From: Candidatus Jordarchaeia archaeon
Lineage (GTDB): Archaea > Asgardarchaeota > Jordiarchaeia > Jordiarchaeales > Jordiarchaeaceae
Assembly: GCA_029856435.1 (NCBI GenBank)
Contig: JAHQXB010000125.1
Span: 1 to 32,693 of the forward strand
Length of the DNA stretch: 32,693 nucleotides
Direction of reading: 5' to 3'
Shown: positions 1-8,489 of the stretch, piece after piece
Layout: every line of letters begins with the position of its first letter
Position numbering within the stretch: position 1 is the stretch's first letter
The notes under the pieces: generated by a model
Database searches by the model: none
What the model was told of the DNA's origin: nothing
Seen by the model: the letters and a program-made list of their open reading frames with translations, nothing else
Position numbers and translations under genes: made by a program

Positions 1-64
1 TTTGCGTCGTGGCGCCCAGTGGTTGTTTTGCCTCTTTGAGGGTGTATAATCGCTCCATAGGCAT
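1..64 (-). mobile_element. 5' fragment of a probable IS607-family serine-recombinase transposase (TnpA), running off the left edge
   Basis: Minus strand from ATG at 64 (or 58) reads MPMERLYTLKEAKQPLGATTQ..., resembling the MerR-like N-terminal HTH start of archaeal IS607 TnpA. A TTTAAATA TATA-like box lies at 95-88. Only about 21 codons are visible. Confidence 0.55.
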
Positions 65-227
65 CTTGCTGTAGTTCAGCATAATTCTATTTAAACCGCT
101 ATTTTAGAACTGTTAGCATGGGCTTTAAATGGGATAGGTTTCATAAAAGTTTTTCTGGCAAAATGAGATTGTATATGAGAAAAGATGGGCCTGTTTCACG
201 GGGTGAACTCGAAGACGCTTGTATTTT

Positions 228-1271
228 TCACGAAGTTTTCACGTCCAAAAACTTTTGGTCTTCGATTAACCGCATTAATCTTTTCAATCTTTCTTCGAGG
301 GGTGGGTGCTTTTTAAGTAGGGATTTATATTTTTTGAAAAGGTGCATAACCGCCTTGTTTTTTATCAGTATCCCGGAGTCGTCGGTATTTTCTGCTATTT
401 TAATTAGGGCTGATGCTAGGGCTTCCGGCTTCTTGGTGATGCGGGAGGAAACCATGTCTGCGAGAAATTCTCGTTCTCGGTAGATAGCGGACTCTATAAA
501 GTATCCGAGAGGGTTGTAGAACATAACTGCTCTGAGAAATGAGGATGCTTTTCTAACAAAGCCATCTCTATTCAGTATGTGAGCTGATTCGTGGCCCAAG
601 CAAGCTTCCAATTCCTCCTCGTCTAGTAGGTCGAGTAAACCGCTTGAAATAACTATGAGAGGTTTTTTCCTTCTATCATCTACAGTAAACACTATGGGTC
701 TCCCAAGCTTGAAAATGAAGAGTTCCGGTACAGGTATTTTCATCAGTTGGGCGAGTTTTTTAGTTATTTTTTTTATCTGGCTGTGGCTCGTAAAATTATT
801 ATTGTGTGTAGCGACGAGTTGGGATTTAAATAAATGGGTGCGGCTACCAAAAAGTTTTATTCCTTTGAACATGAAAACGAATACAAAACAAGCAACAACT
901 AGTTGGAAGCCGCAGTAAATTAAGAAATCGACACTTAATTTTTCAATCATTGGGGCAAATGAGTAGTTGTGAAGGAAAAAGTAAACTTGGAAAATTACTG
1001 CTCTTATAGGGAAAAAAAGAAGGGGTAGCAAAAGAGCGAAAAACCAAACCTTGGTTTTTATCGAGTAAGCGTCTTGTTTCACAATTTTACAAATGATAAG
1101 CGATATAAGGGGCATAGAAAGAACCAAACACACTAAAAATGATTGAATCATCTCGAGGGGCATAACAAATTGGTGATAGCCGAGCAGGAATTGGATATTG
1201 GTTTTTAGGGTTTCTTGAATAAATCTGACAATGAATTCTAATAGCTTAGAAAGTTCCTGAAACAGGTTCAT
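228..1271 (-). CDS. Membrane zinc metalloprotease, M48/M56 (HtpX/BlaR1-like)
   Basis: N-terminal hydrophobic helices, HEXXH (GHESAH), downstream EREFLAD ligand motif and C-terminal HPPLEERL. The start overlaps the upstream repressor stop (ATGA). Confidence 0.88.
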   Translation of the reverse strand: MNLFQELSKLLEFIVRFIQETLKTNIQFLLGYHQFVMPLEMIQSFLVCLVLSMPLISLIICKIVKQDAYSIKTKVWFFALLLPLLFFPIRAVIFQVYFFLHNYSFAPMIEKLSVDFLIYCGFQLVVACFVFVFMFKGIKLFGSRTHLFKSQLVATHNNNFTSHSQIKKITKKLAQLMKIPVPELFIFKLGRPIVFTVDDRRKKPLIVISSGLLDLLDEEELEACLGHESAHILNRDGFVRKASSFLRAVMFYNPLGYFIESAIYREREFLADMVSSRITKKPEALASALIKIAENTDDSGILIKNKAVMHLFKKYKSLLKKHPPLEERLKRLMRLIEDQKFLDVKTS

Positions 1272-1714
1272 TTATTAGACTCGCCCCTACTCCTTATCTT
1301 TTTTAGTTGTCTTTTTATTTCCTCTATCACCTCAGGGTTATTTAAATTTAGGTTTTCGAGCAAAAACATAATTGTGGGTTCCTCAAATGATTCGAAGAGC
1401 CCGCTGAGAACATTTCTTGCAACTAGCTCCTCAAATTCTTTCCTAGTAAGGGCAGGAGAATAAACATAGTATATCCCTCCCTCTCTAATGAGCTCCCTCT
1501 CCACAAGCTTTTTCTTATATAGCCTGTCCAGAATCGTAGCCACAGTGTTAAAAGCTACAGGTCTCCTAACTCTTATATCTTCGTGGATAGCTCGAACAGA
1601 AGCTTTTTTAAGCCTCCAAACAGTCTCCATCACTTCCGATTCTAGATCACCCAAAACCGTAGACAAATCCTTCTCATGGGGTTTGAATTCGTAAACTTTA
1701 GGTTCGTCAACCAA
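1268..1714 (-). CDS. BlaI/MecI/CopY-family transcriptional repressor
   Basis: LGDLESEVMETVW...VAFNTVATILDRLYKKKLVER...YVYSPALTRKEF is the BlaI winged-helix pattern. The probable start is TTG at 1714 after GGAGG; the ORF track starts at 1744. Confidence 0.88.
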   Translation of the reverse strand: MVDEPKVYEFKPHEKDLSTVLGDLESEVMETVWRLKKASVRAIHEDIRVRRPVAFNTVATILDRLYKKKLVERELIREGGIYYVYSPALTRKEFEELVARNVLSGLFESFEEPTIMFLLENLNLNNPEVIEEIKRQLKKIRSRGESNK

Positions 1715-2111
1715 AGTTATTCTTCCCTCCACTCTTTTAAACAAAAACGTGTAAAAAACTTAAGGGCAAATCAATTTTGTCCCCTCTTTCCCATTGGCAC
1801 AGCGTAATGGGAGTGTTTTTGCTCTGGGTAATACCTGTATATTCTTCTTGATTGTTGAGGGTGTAAAAGAGGTACAAGTTCTCACATTCAAATCCAAGAC
1901 TCGCTAGAAAAGCTGGATGAAACACTCCCATGCCTTCAAACAAAGCTCTTCACCCTTCTACTATTTTTATTTGGTGACTTAGGATATTAGTGGCTCATTT
2001 TGAGGCTGGTACTTAAATAGGCTTTAACAATACTCTTTGGGTTTGAGTGAGTTTAATTGGCTTTTTTGTTTTACCGTAATTTTTATATACCCACGCCGGA
2101 CATATAAATTT

Positions 2112-2147
2112 AACTACGAAATGTAGTTTATACTACGAGCAATAGTT
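2112..2147. promoter_or_regulatory. Tandem dyad operator, probable binding site of the BlaI-like repressor
   Basis: Perfect AACTAC-GAAAT-GTAGTT (2112-2128), then imperfect ACTAC-GAGCA-ATAGTT (2132-2147), just downstream of TATA-like ATATAAAT (2102-2109). Confidence 0.7.
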
Positions 2148-2174
2148 TAATCAAGAAAAGGAAAAGGAAAAACA

Positions 2175-2861
2175 ATGAAGAAAAACCCACTACTACTATT
2201 AATACTAGTACTAACCATAAGCCTGTCAATACCCCTACTAACAGCCCAAACCCAACAAGTCTACGCCCAACCCGTAAGCCACACATACACATTCACAGAA
2301 ACCGTACCCGGAGACCACACAAACGTTGAAGTAAATTTCACCGTGACCACCGACACCGGAATTCTACTAGAGGGCAACATAGCAGTATGGATCCTCAGAA
2401 TCAACGCCAAAAGTAGCAGCACCATAAATAACATAACCATTAACGGTGAGTCCAAAGGAACGAAAATAAGCCTAGGACTACTGCTACCACTTTCTGACGC
2501 CTTTTCCTCCGACACAAATATGACCCCACTACCCCCCCTCCGAAATAGCTTTACCCTTGCGAAGTCTGAAAACGTGTTATTATTTACAGGTATTGCGGGT
2601 CTCCCCGCTCAGATTTCATTTAATCTCAGCGTAACCATAGAACCTTCATCTGGAAGTCCGACGACTGTTTATTTGGCTAGTGACGTGCCAACGGTGTCTT
2701 TGATACTACCCAATCCGGGCAATGCTCCGCCGGTAATTAACTATTACCTCATATTATTGTACTCCATGGTTTTTCTTGTGCCTATATCGATGATTCTCTC
2801 AAATCGCTGGTTGAGGAATCGCAAAATGAAGAAAGAAGTAGTTGGAGGAGGTGCAGTGTGA
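2175..2861 (+). CDS. Hypothetical surface protein with signal peptide and C-terminal membrane anchor
   Basis: MKK plus hydrophobic N-terminus, Thr/Ser-rich beta-like middle, and a C-terminal TM helix followed by a basic tail. First gene of the ABC operon. Confidence 0.8.
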   Translation: MKKNPLLLLILVLTISLSIPLLTAQTQQVYAQPVSHTYTFTETVPGDHTNVEVNFTVTTDTGILLEGNIAVWILRINAKSSSTINNITINGESKGTKISLGLLLPLSDAFSSDTNMTPLPPLRNSFTLAKSENVLLFTGIAGLPAQISFNLSVTIEPSSGSPTTVYLASDVPTVSLILPNPGNAPPVINYYLILLYSMVFLVPISMILSNRWLRNRKMKKEVVGGGAV

Positions 2862-2862
2862 G

Positions 2863-3573
2863 GTGCGGAACAGAATTTTAGTTTTCCTTGTGGCACTCGC
2901 TGTGATTGTAGGCATAACTTCTGCGGTTTATTTCCAGGCAGAACCTACACCAACTTATCCCAACACCCCCTTTGTATTGTATTATCTTAAGTATGACTAT
3001 ACTGTGCAGAGTAACGGTACCGCTACTACAAGTGGGTTAACATCGAGTGTGGTTTGGTTTGAGGGTTACGCTGATCCAAACACGGTTGTGGTTGCTGAGA
3101 GAGACGGCTTTTCGCCAATTCAATATAGTGAGGTAAATCTTTACACGCGGGAAACAAATACCACTGGAGTGCACTTTCTGTGGTGGATTCCTCCCTGGTT
3201 GCCGATTGGGGCTCCTGTGAGCATAGGTAATAATACTGGTGTTATCGTGGGTGAAACTGAGTTAAAGGCGCAACAATTGGTGAGAAATACAAAGACGGCC
3301 TTTTATTCAGGGTCGGATAGAACTATTATCGCTAACTATGATACAAATAGTGGTTTTCTAATCCAGTTAGAAATCAAAGAAGGAGAAAAGATAAGCATTT
3401 ACCAACTGCAATCCACTCTCGGAGCTTCTCTTGGAGTCTCCAACTATTACTATGCGCGTGTAATCTTCCTATGCTTATTCATACCTGCCTTGGTGATTTT
3501 CATATTGACACTTCCTTGGCCTTGGAGAAGGTGGAGTCAGAGCTTATCTAAATTTCTAAGAAAGGAGGTTTAG
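2863..3573 (+). CDS. Hypothetical membrane protein with TM segments at both ends
   Basis: Hydrophobic segments at both termini around a soluble domain. Probable GTG start at 2863, immediately after the upstream stop; the ORF track starts at 2842. Confidence 0.78.
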   Translation: MRNRILVFLVALAVIVGITSAVYFQAEPTPTYPNTPFVLYYLKYDYTVQSNGTATTSGLTSSVVWFEGYADPNTVVVAERDGFSPIQYSEVNLYTRETNTTGVHFLWWIPPWLPIGAPVSIGNNTGVIVGETELKAQQLVRNTKTAFYSGSDRTIIANYDTNSGFLIQLEIKEGEKISIYQLQSTLGASLGVSNYYYARVIFLCLFIPALVIFILTLPWPWRRWSQSLSKFLRKEV

Positions 3574-3584
3574 GTGGCATCGGC

Positions 3585-4529
3585 ATGTTAGCTATCGAAA
3601 CAAAAAATCTAAAAAAGAGGTTCGGAAACTTTCACGCTCTAAGGGGAATCAACTTGGAAGTTGAGAAAGGAACCTGCTACGGTCTTCTAGGACCCAATGG
3701 AGCCGGAAAAACAACTACTATTAAAATCATACTGGGCCTGTTGTCACCAACAGAAGGCGAAGTCAAAGTTTTTGGGTACAAGGCGGGTTCATTCCAAGCC
3801 AGACAGAAAATAGGCTATTTGCCAGAGAGGGTAGGATACTATGCCCACGTTAAAGCCATTGACTTCCTGCGCTACATTGGAATCCTATCAAACATGTCAT
3901 CAGTAGACTTAGATGCCCGCGCAGAGGAACTACTGGAGTGGGTTGGACTCGGAGGTTGGGGTGAATCACCCATAGGTAATTTGAGTGCCGGAATGAAGCA
4001 GCGTCTCGGACTAGCTATGGCAGTAATGGGTGAACCCGAACTAGTGATTCTTGATGAGCCAACTAGTAATCTTGATCCTATAGGGAGAAGCGAGATACTG
4101 GAGAAAATAAAGGAGATAACTGAAGAGGGAAGAACTGTGTTTATTTCCAGTCATGTTCTTCCTGAGATCGAGGTTGTCAGCGACTACGTGGGAATTATTC
4201 ACAGAGGAGAAATGATAAAACAGGGCAAACTGAAAGACATAAAGAAGGCCGAATTGAGAAAAGGGAAGCACGACTACGAGCTCATTGTTGATAAACCCGA
4301 GGCGATTATTTCCGAGTTACAAAAGGCGCCCTTTGTTGCAAGTGTAACCCGAAGCGACGACCGCATACTCATAAAAGCAACAGATTTAGACCAATTGGGC
4401 CAGAACCTACCAAAAATACTAGTCGACGCAAAAGTTCAATTAGTCAAATTCGCCCCTCTGGGTGAAAGCCTCCAAGACATTTTCCTACAAATAATGGGGG
4501 AAACACAAAATGAGCAAAAAAAGAGTTAA
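3585..4529 (+). CDS. ABC-2 type exporter ATP-binding protein
   Basis: Walker A GPNGAGKTT, signature LSAGMKQR, Walker B LILDEPT, H-loop SSH. Confidence 0.95.
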   Translation: MLAIETKNLKKRFGNFHALRGINLEVEKGTCYGLLGPNGAGKTTTIKIILGLLSPTEGEVKVFGYKAGSFQARQKIGYLPERVGYYAHVKAIDFLRYIGILSNMSSVDLDARAEELLEWVGLGGWGESPIGNLSAGMKQRLGLAMAVMGEPELVILDEPTSNLDPIGRSEILEKIKEITEEGRTVFISSHVLPEIEVVSDYVGIIHRGEMIKQGKLKDIKKAELRKGKHDYELIVDKPEAIISELQKAPFVASVTRSDDRILIKATDLDQLGQNLPKILVDAKVQLVKFAPLGESLQDIFLQIMGETQNEQKKS

Positions 4530-5556
4530 AACCAGAACGGTTCCAGAAAAACCAATAACAGTAGAGGAATCTTTAAGCGATAGAGCAGTCAACCTTTTAA
4601 ACCAGTCTATACGCCTCTGTTGGGAAGAAGTGAAAAACGCCTATAGGACAAAATCCTTCGTCGCCTTCGCTGCACTAATGGTGCTGCCCATGATAATAAT
4701 CCTCGTATCCTATGCAGTTACACAGTATCCCGACATGTTTAACCAGGTGCAAATCAGCCTATTCCTAAACGGCATATATGGAGAGGACGGAGCAATACTA
4801 ACCTTCAGAGACATTTTCGCAGGAACAATGGGCATAAGCACAGGACTCAGGGGTGGAATGGGCGGCTTTGCAACAATATACTACCTTGGGGTACCGATAA
4901 TCGCCATAGTAACAATTCTTACCTCCGGGATTATAGCTGGAGACCGCGAACATGGCACCCTACCCATATATGTCTCAAAACCAGTCTACAAAATTCAACT
5001 CGTTCTAACCAAGTTCTTGGGATTCGCTTTTATCAGCCTAATCTTAACCGGCCTAGTTTATTACACAATGTACTTCATATTTGCATTTTCTATCCTCGAA
5101 CCACTAGGAATACTAATGGAGGGCATAAGCTACACAATATACGTCCCAAACAATTTAACCATGGTAACCTGGCTTTTCATTTTAACAGTCGGCTCCGTCA
5201 CCACACTGTTCTCATCCATAATCGACCGCCCAATTCTTGCCGGCGTCATCGCCCTAATATATTTACTTGTTGTATCCTTCTTCTCAAGCTTCCTAATGTT
5301 TTTCCTAGGATCAATCGCCGACGCATTAAAATATCTTGACCTCGGGGGTTTAGCAACCAACATACTAAACGTAAACATTCTAGGATTCGAATACTACCAA
5401 GCAATATGGAACATAATCTCAAGCTTCGGCTTCATGGCACAACAACTACTAGGACAACTAGTAGACCCAACTACCGCCACCACAATACTAATCTCAATAT
5501 TACTTGTAACCCTCGGAGCAGCCTGCATAATAACACAGATACGCGAAGTAAAATAA
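4510..5556 (+). CDS. ABC-2 type exporter permease
   Basis: Multiple TM helices, IAGDREHGTL...SKPV ABC-2 motif, 20-nt overlap with the ATPase gene. Confidence 0.9.
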   Translation: MSKKRVKTRTVPEKPITVEESLSDRAVNLLNQSIRLCWEEVKNAYRTKSFVAFAALMVLPMIIILVSYAVTQYPDMFNQVQISLFLNGIYGEDGAILTFRDIFAGTMGISTGLRGGMGGFATIYYLGVPIIAIVTILTSGIIAGDREHGTLPIYVSKPVYKIQLVLTKFLGFAFISLILTGLVYYTMYFIFAFSILEPLGILMEGISYTIYVPNNLTMVTWLFILTVGSVTTLFSSIIDRPILAGVIALIYLLVVSFFSSFLMFFLGSIADALKYLDLGGLATNILNVNILGFEYYQAIWNIISSFGFMAQQLLGQLVDPTTATTILISILLVTLGAACIITQIREVK

Positions 5557-5671
5557 CCCCCCACTATTATTTTTTTATTCAAACAAAATCAAAGCAACCC
5601 CCTAAAAAAGGAAAAACAACATCTAAAGCTGGCGCTCGCCCACTGAACCAAGTCAAAATAAAAAAGAAGAT

Positions 5672-6472
5672 TCAGGTTTTAATTTTGCCCATATTCTTCA
5701 AAATATCTAAGGCCACCTTTCGACCGCTAAGCATGACTCCTCCAAAAATTGGTCCCATTCTGGGTCCGCCGGAGACTGCATTCGCTGCCATTCCTGCTAC
5801 ATATAGGCCGGGGTATACTTGTTTTGTGTATGCTACAAGCATTTTTTCTCCTATGTCTGCCCACATGGGCTTTTCTCCTATGATTTTTCCAGTTTCTGTT
5901 TCTAGTTTTGCTCCTGGGATTTTTCTTTGGACTATTTGGCATATTTCGGCAGCGTGTCCTGTTGCGTCTACTACATATTTGCATCTGATGGTCATAGGGT
6001 CTACGTGCAATTTGGCCATGTTTACCGCTGTCCACTGTATTACTACTCCGGTGATTTTGTCCGCTTCTCGAATCATGACGTCTTCGATGCCTATTAGGTT
6101 GAAAATCTTGGCTCCGGCGTCTATCGCGCCTGCTGTTAGTTTTGCTACGGTTTCCAAAGAGTTTGCTACAAAGTAGCCTTCTTGGAGTTCTTCGGTCTTT
6201 ATGCCAAACTCGTCCAGTATAAATTTGCCCTCTTTTTGCACTACTATTTTGTTGAACATCATTCCCCCACCGTGGCATCCTCCTCCAGTGCTGAGTTTTC
6301 TTTCGAACACCACGGTTTTGGCCCCTCCCTCCGCAAGATACTTGGCTGCTACTAGTCCTGAGGGTCCAGAGCCGGCGATTACGACATCTACATCTGTAGA
6401 GTCAATTAGTTCCTTCATGTACGCGTTTATTATTAGTTTGGTTATCACAATTTCGTCTAAACCAGTTGCCAT
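5672..6472 (-). CDS. thi4: Thiazole synthase Thi4, sulfide-dependent (His-type)
   Basis: Dinucleotide-binding VVIAGSGPSG, LHVDP (His where Cys-type enzymes have Cys), and C-terminal GPRMGPIFGGVMLSG. Confidence 0.93.
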   Translation of the reverse strand: MATGLDEIVITKLIINAYMKELIDSTDVDVVIAGSGPSGLVAAKYLAEGGAKTVVFERKLSTGGGCHGGGMMFNKIVVQKEGKFILDEFGIKTEELQEGYFVANSLETVAKLTAGAIDAGAKIFNLIGIEDVMIREADKITGVVIQWTAVNMAKLHVDPMTIRCKYVVDATGHAAEICQIVQRKIPGAKLETETGKIIGEKPMWADIGEKMLVAYTKQVYPGLYVAGMAANAVSGGPRMGPIFGGVMLSGRKVALDILKNMGKIKT

Positions 6473-6649
6473 CTTTTTTCCTCCAAACCGTAAAGATTTT
6501 AATTACTCGGTGGGTTGTTTTTTAAGCTTAGCTAATTATCATATAAATCTAACGAAAAAATTTTTGGCTTTCTCGTGTGATTGTTCTACAAACATTTGTT
6601 TAACATTTATTATAAATTTAAATAGGTTTATGGTAGGAGAGATTTACTT

Positions 6650-7084
6650 ATGAAGCAGGTTGGAAAGTATCTATTCGCAGAGGAATTGTATTATACTAAG
6701 GATCATCTTTGGGCAAAAATTGAGGAAAATAACTATGTGAGGGTAGGCTGGAGTGACTTCGCTCAAAAGATTGCGGGGAAAGTTGTCTATATTAAGGTTA
6801 AAGAAGTAGGAACAAAATTGAAGCAGGAAGACGTGTTTGGCTCGATAGAAACTGGTAAGTATGTGGGAAAATTGTTTGCTCCTGTGGGTGGCATAATAAG
6901 GGAAATTGGTAAGGCTGTAAAAAATCCTAAGCTGGCAAATACTGATCCTTATGGGGAGGGTTGGTTTGTGCTTATCGAAGCTACAAATTTGGAAGAGGAC
7001 TTGGAGGAGCTGCTGCACGGTGAGGAAGCTCTTGAGTGGCTAAAAAGGGAAATAAAAGACAAAACCGGGGAAGAAGCGCAATAA
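6650..7084 (+). CDS. gcvH: Glycine cleavage H protein / lipoyl-carrier protein
   Basis: LYYTKDHLWA, VRVGWSDFAQ, lipoyl-Lys motif GSIETGKYVG, NTDPYGEGWF. Confidence 0.88.
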   Translation: MKQVGKYLFAEELYYTKDHLWAKIEENNYVRVGWSDFAQKIAGKVVYIKVKEVGTKLKQEDVFGSIETGKYVGKLFAPVGGIIREIGKAVKNPKLANTDPYGEGWFVLIEATNLEEDLEELLHGEEALEWLKREIKDKTGEEAQ

Positions 7085-7237
7085 TTGGGATTTGCTACGT
7101 TGCATCTTTTTTTAATTTATTTGGTTTGTAGTTTTTAGAAATTGTTTATTTGGCTTGTCTGTGTATTTAATTTGAAAATTGTTTCCGTTTGGTTTAAAAT
7201 TGTTTTAGGTATACTTCTTATTGGAGGGTTATTATAT

Positions 7238-8401
7238 TTGGTTGATCTTCGTCCTTGGGTTTTGGATAGTCATATTTCTCGGATTGCTTCTGAGATCCAA
7301 GAGTTGGAGTTGGGTCGTGGGAGGCTTGCGGAGACTTTTCGCAGGGTAAAGGAGAAGGATATTTTTGATATGGTGGATCGCGGCGGATTCCTCGATGTTT
7401 TTGAGAGGAGGTTATCCTACCCGGTGATTCCTGCAAAACTTGATGGGTTAAAGGTGGCCGCAGTAGATGGTGGAATGATAAGTAGAACTTTCCACGGAGT
7501 TGACTTAATGCTTATTAGGGCAGTTGCCGCAATCTTCACTTATGAATCCGAGGGAAGGGTTCAGGTGGAGTATTTCCCAAAGGAGTATCCCCCTCCCGCT
7601 ATTGTTTCCAATTTGGAGCCTCTATCTCGAAGCGACTTTGAAGTGTCATCGTCCTTAGAGCGTCTAATGGCTGAAATTAAAGTAGCCATTGATTGCCAGG
7701 AGAGGCATCCAGTAGATATTCTTATCTTGGATGGAGCCATACTTCCTTTGGCGAGTGATAGACCTTCATCGACCTCTCTGTTTAAAAAATATGAGGGCGT
7801 AGTAAAACTATTTGAAAAGCTTTACAAGGTTTCTTCCGATAATGGGATTCTACTCGCAGGGGTAGTTAAGGACAGTAGAAGTACTAGATTTGTTCAGATA
7901 CTCTCAAGATTAGCTCCCCTACTCATAAATAAGATTGAGGAGCTGAAGAACTTGTTGACATTTGATTATCGACGAGTAATTCAGCGTTCTAGGGATACTG
8001 AATTTTTATACCGTTTTCTCGATGTGGGGGAAAGAACAACAGTCTTAAAATACGTGGAGAACTACGAGAAATATCCCCCACTGAAGGACCTCAGGGAGGA
8101 GTGGGCTGAAAGACTTAACATTTTTTATCTTAAACCTGTTGAGTTAGACACTCCTCTAAGGATTGAATACCTCTCAGAGGCGCCAAACACTTTAGGCTCC
8201 AAAATTGTCCAAAGAATCTCCTCTCTCATCTACTCCCTGTCCCGTCACCACGCAGAATTCGGACTACCCTCAGTGCAAGTTGAGGCGCATTACCAAGCCA
8301 AGCTGCTGGAAACCGACTTGGACTTCATATATGATCAAATAATAGAGAAGACGGGAATGAGCGTTTCACTTATGAAAATAAAAAAAGCGTATGGTTTATA
8401 A
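7238..8401 (+). CDS. nurA: NurA 5'-3' nuclease
   Basis: AAVDGG, ILDGAI, GVVKDSRS and C-terminal EAH motifs, directly upstream of herA. Probable TTG start at 7238 after GGAGG; the ORF track starts at 7142. Confidence 0.85.
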   Translation: MVDLRPWVLDSHISRIASEIQELELGRGRLAETFRRVKEKDIFDMVDRGGFLDVFERRLSYPVIPAKLDGLKVAAVDGGMISRTFHGVDLMLIRAVAAIFTYESEGRVQVEYFPKEYPPPAIVSNLEPLSRSDFEVSSSLERLMAEIKVAIDCQERHPVDILILDGAILPLASDRPSSTSLFKKYEGVVKLFEKLYKVSSDNGILLAGVVKDSRSTRFVQILSRLAPLLINKIEELKNLLTFDYRRVIQRSRDTEFLYRFLDVGERTTVLKYVENYEKYPPLKDLREEWAERLNIFYLKPVELDTPLRIEYLSEAPNTLGSKIVQRISSLIYSLSRHHAEFGLPSVQVEAHYQAKLLETDLDFIYDQIIEKTGMSVSLMKIKKAYGL

Positions 8402-8489
8402 CTCCAAATCTACAATTAAGAGGAGAAGGACGCTTTTAAGATATGTTTAAATGGATTCGTCATTAGAGTTTTTTTGAGGAGTGTAGGGA

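Noticed and set aside
118-483. 121-aa + strand ORF and the other ORFs overlapping assigned genes (e.g. 5406-6176, 5727-6278, 6201-6653, 17475-17783, 18353-18757, 19174-19593, 29486-29812)
   Set aside because: They are antisense or out-of-frame shadows of well-supported genes, with no recognisable motifs.
1737-1943. 68-aa minus-strand ORF upstream of the BlaI-like gene
   Set aside because: No motif or convincing SD; it lies in the divergent promoter spacer.
7142-7237. Hydrophobic N-terminal extension suggesting a membrane-anchored NurA
   Set aside because: It comes from T/G-rich intergenic DNA; GGAGG followed by TTG at 7238 gives a normal NurA start.
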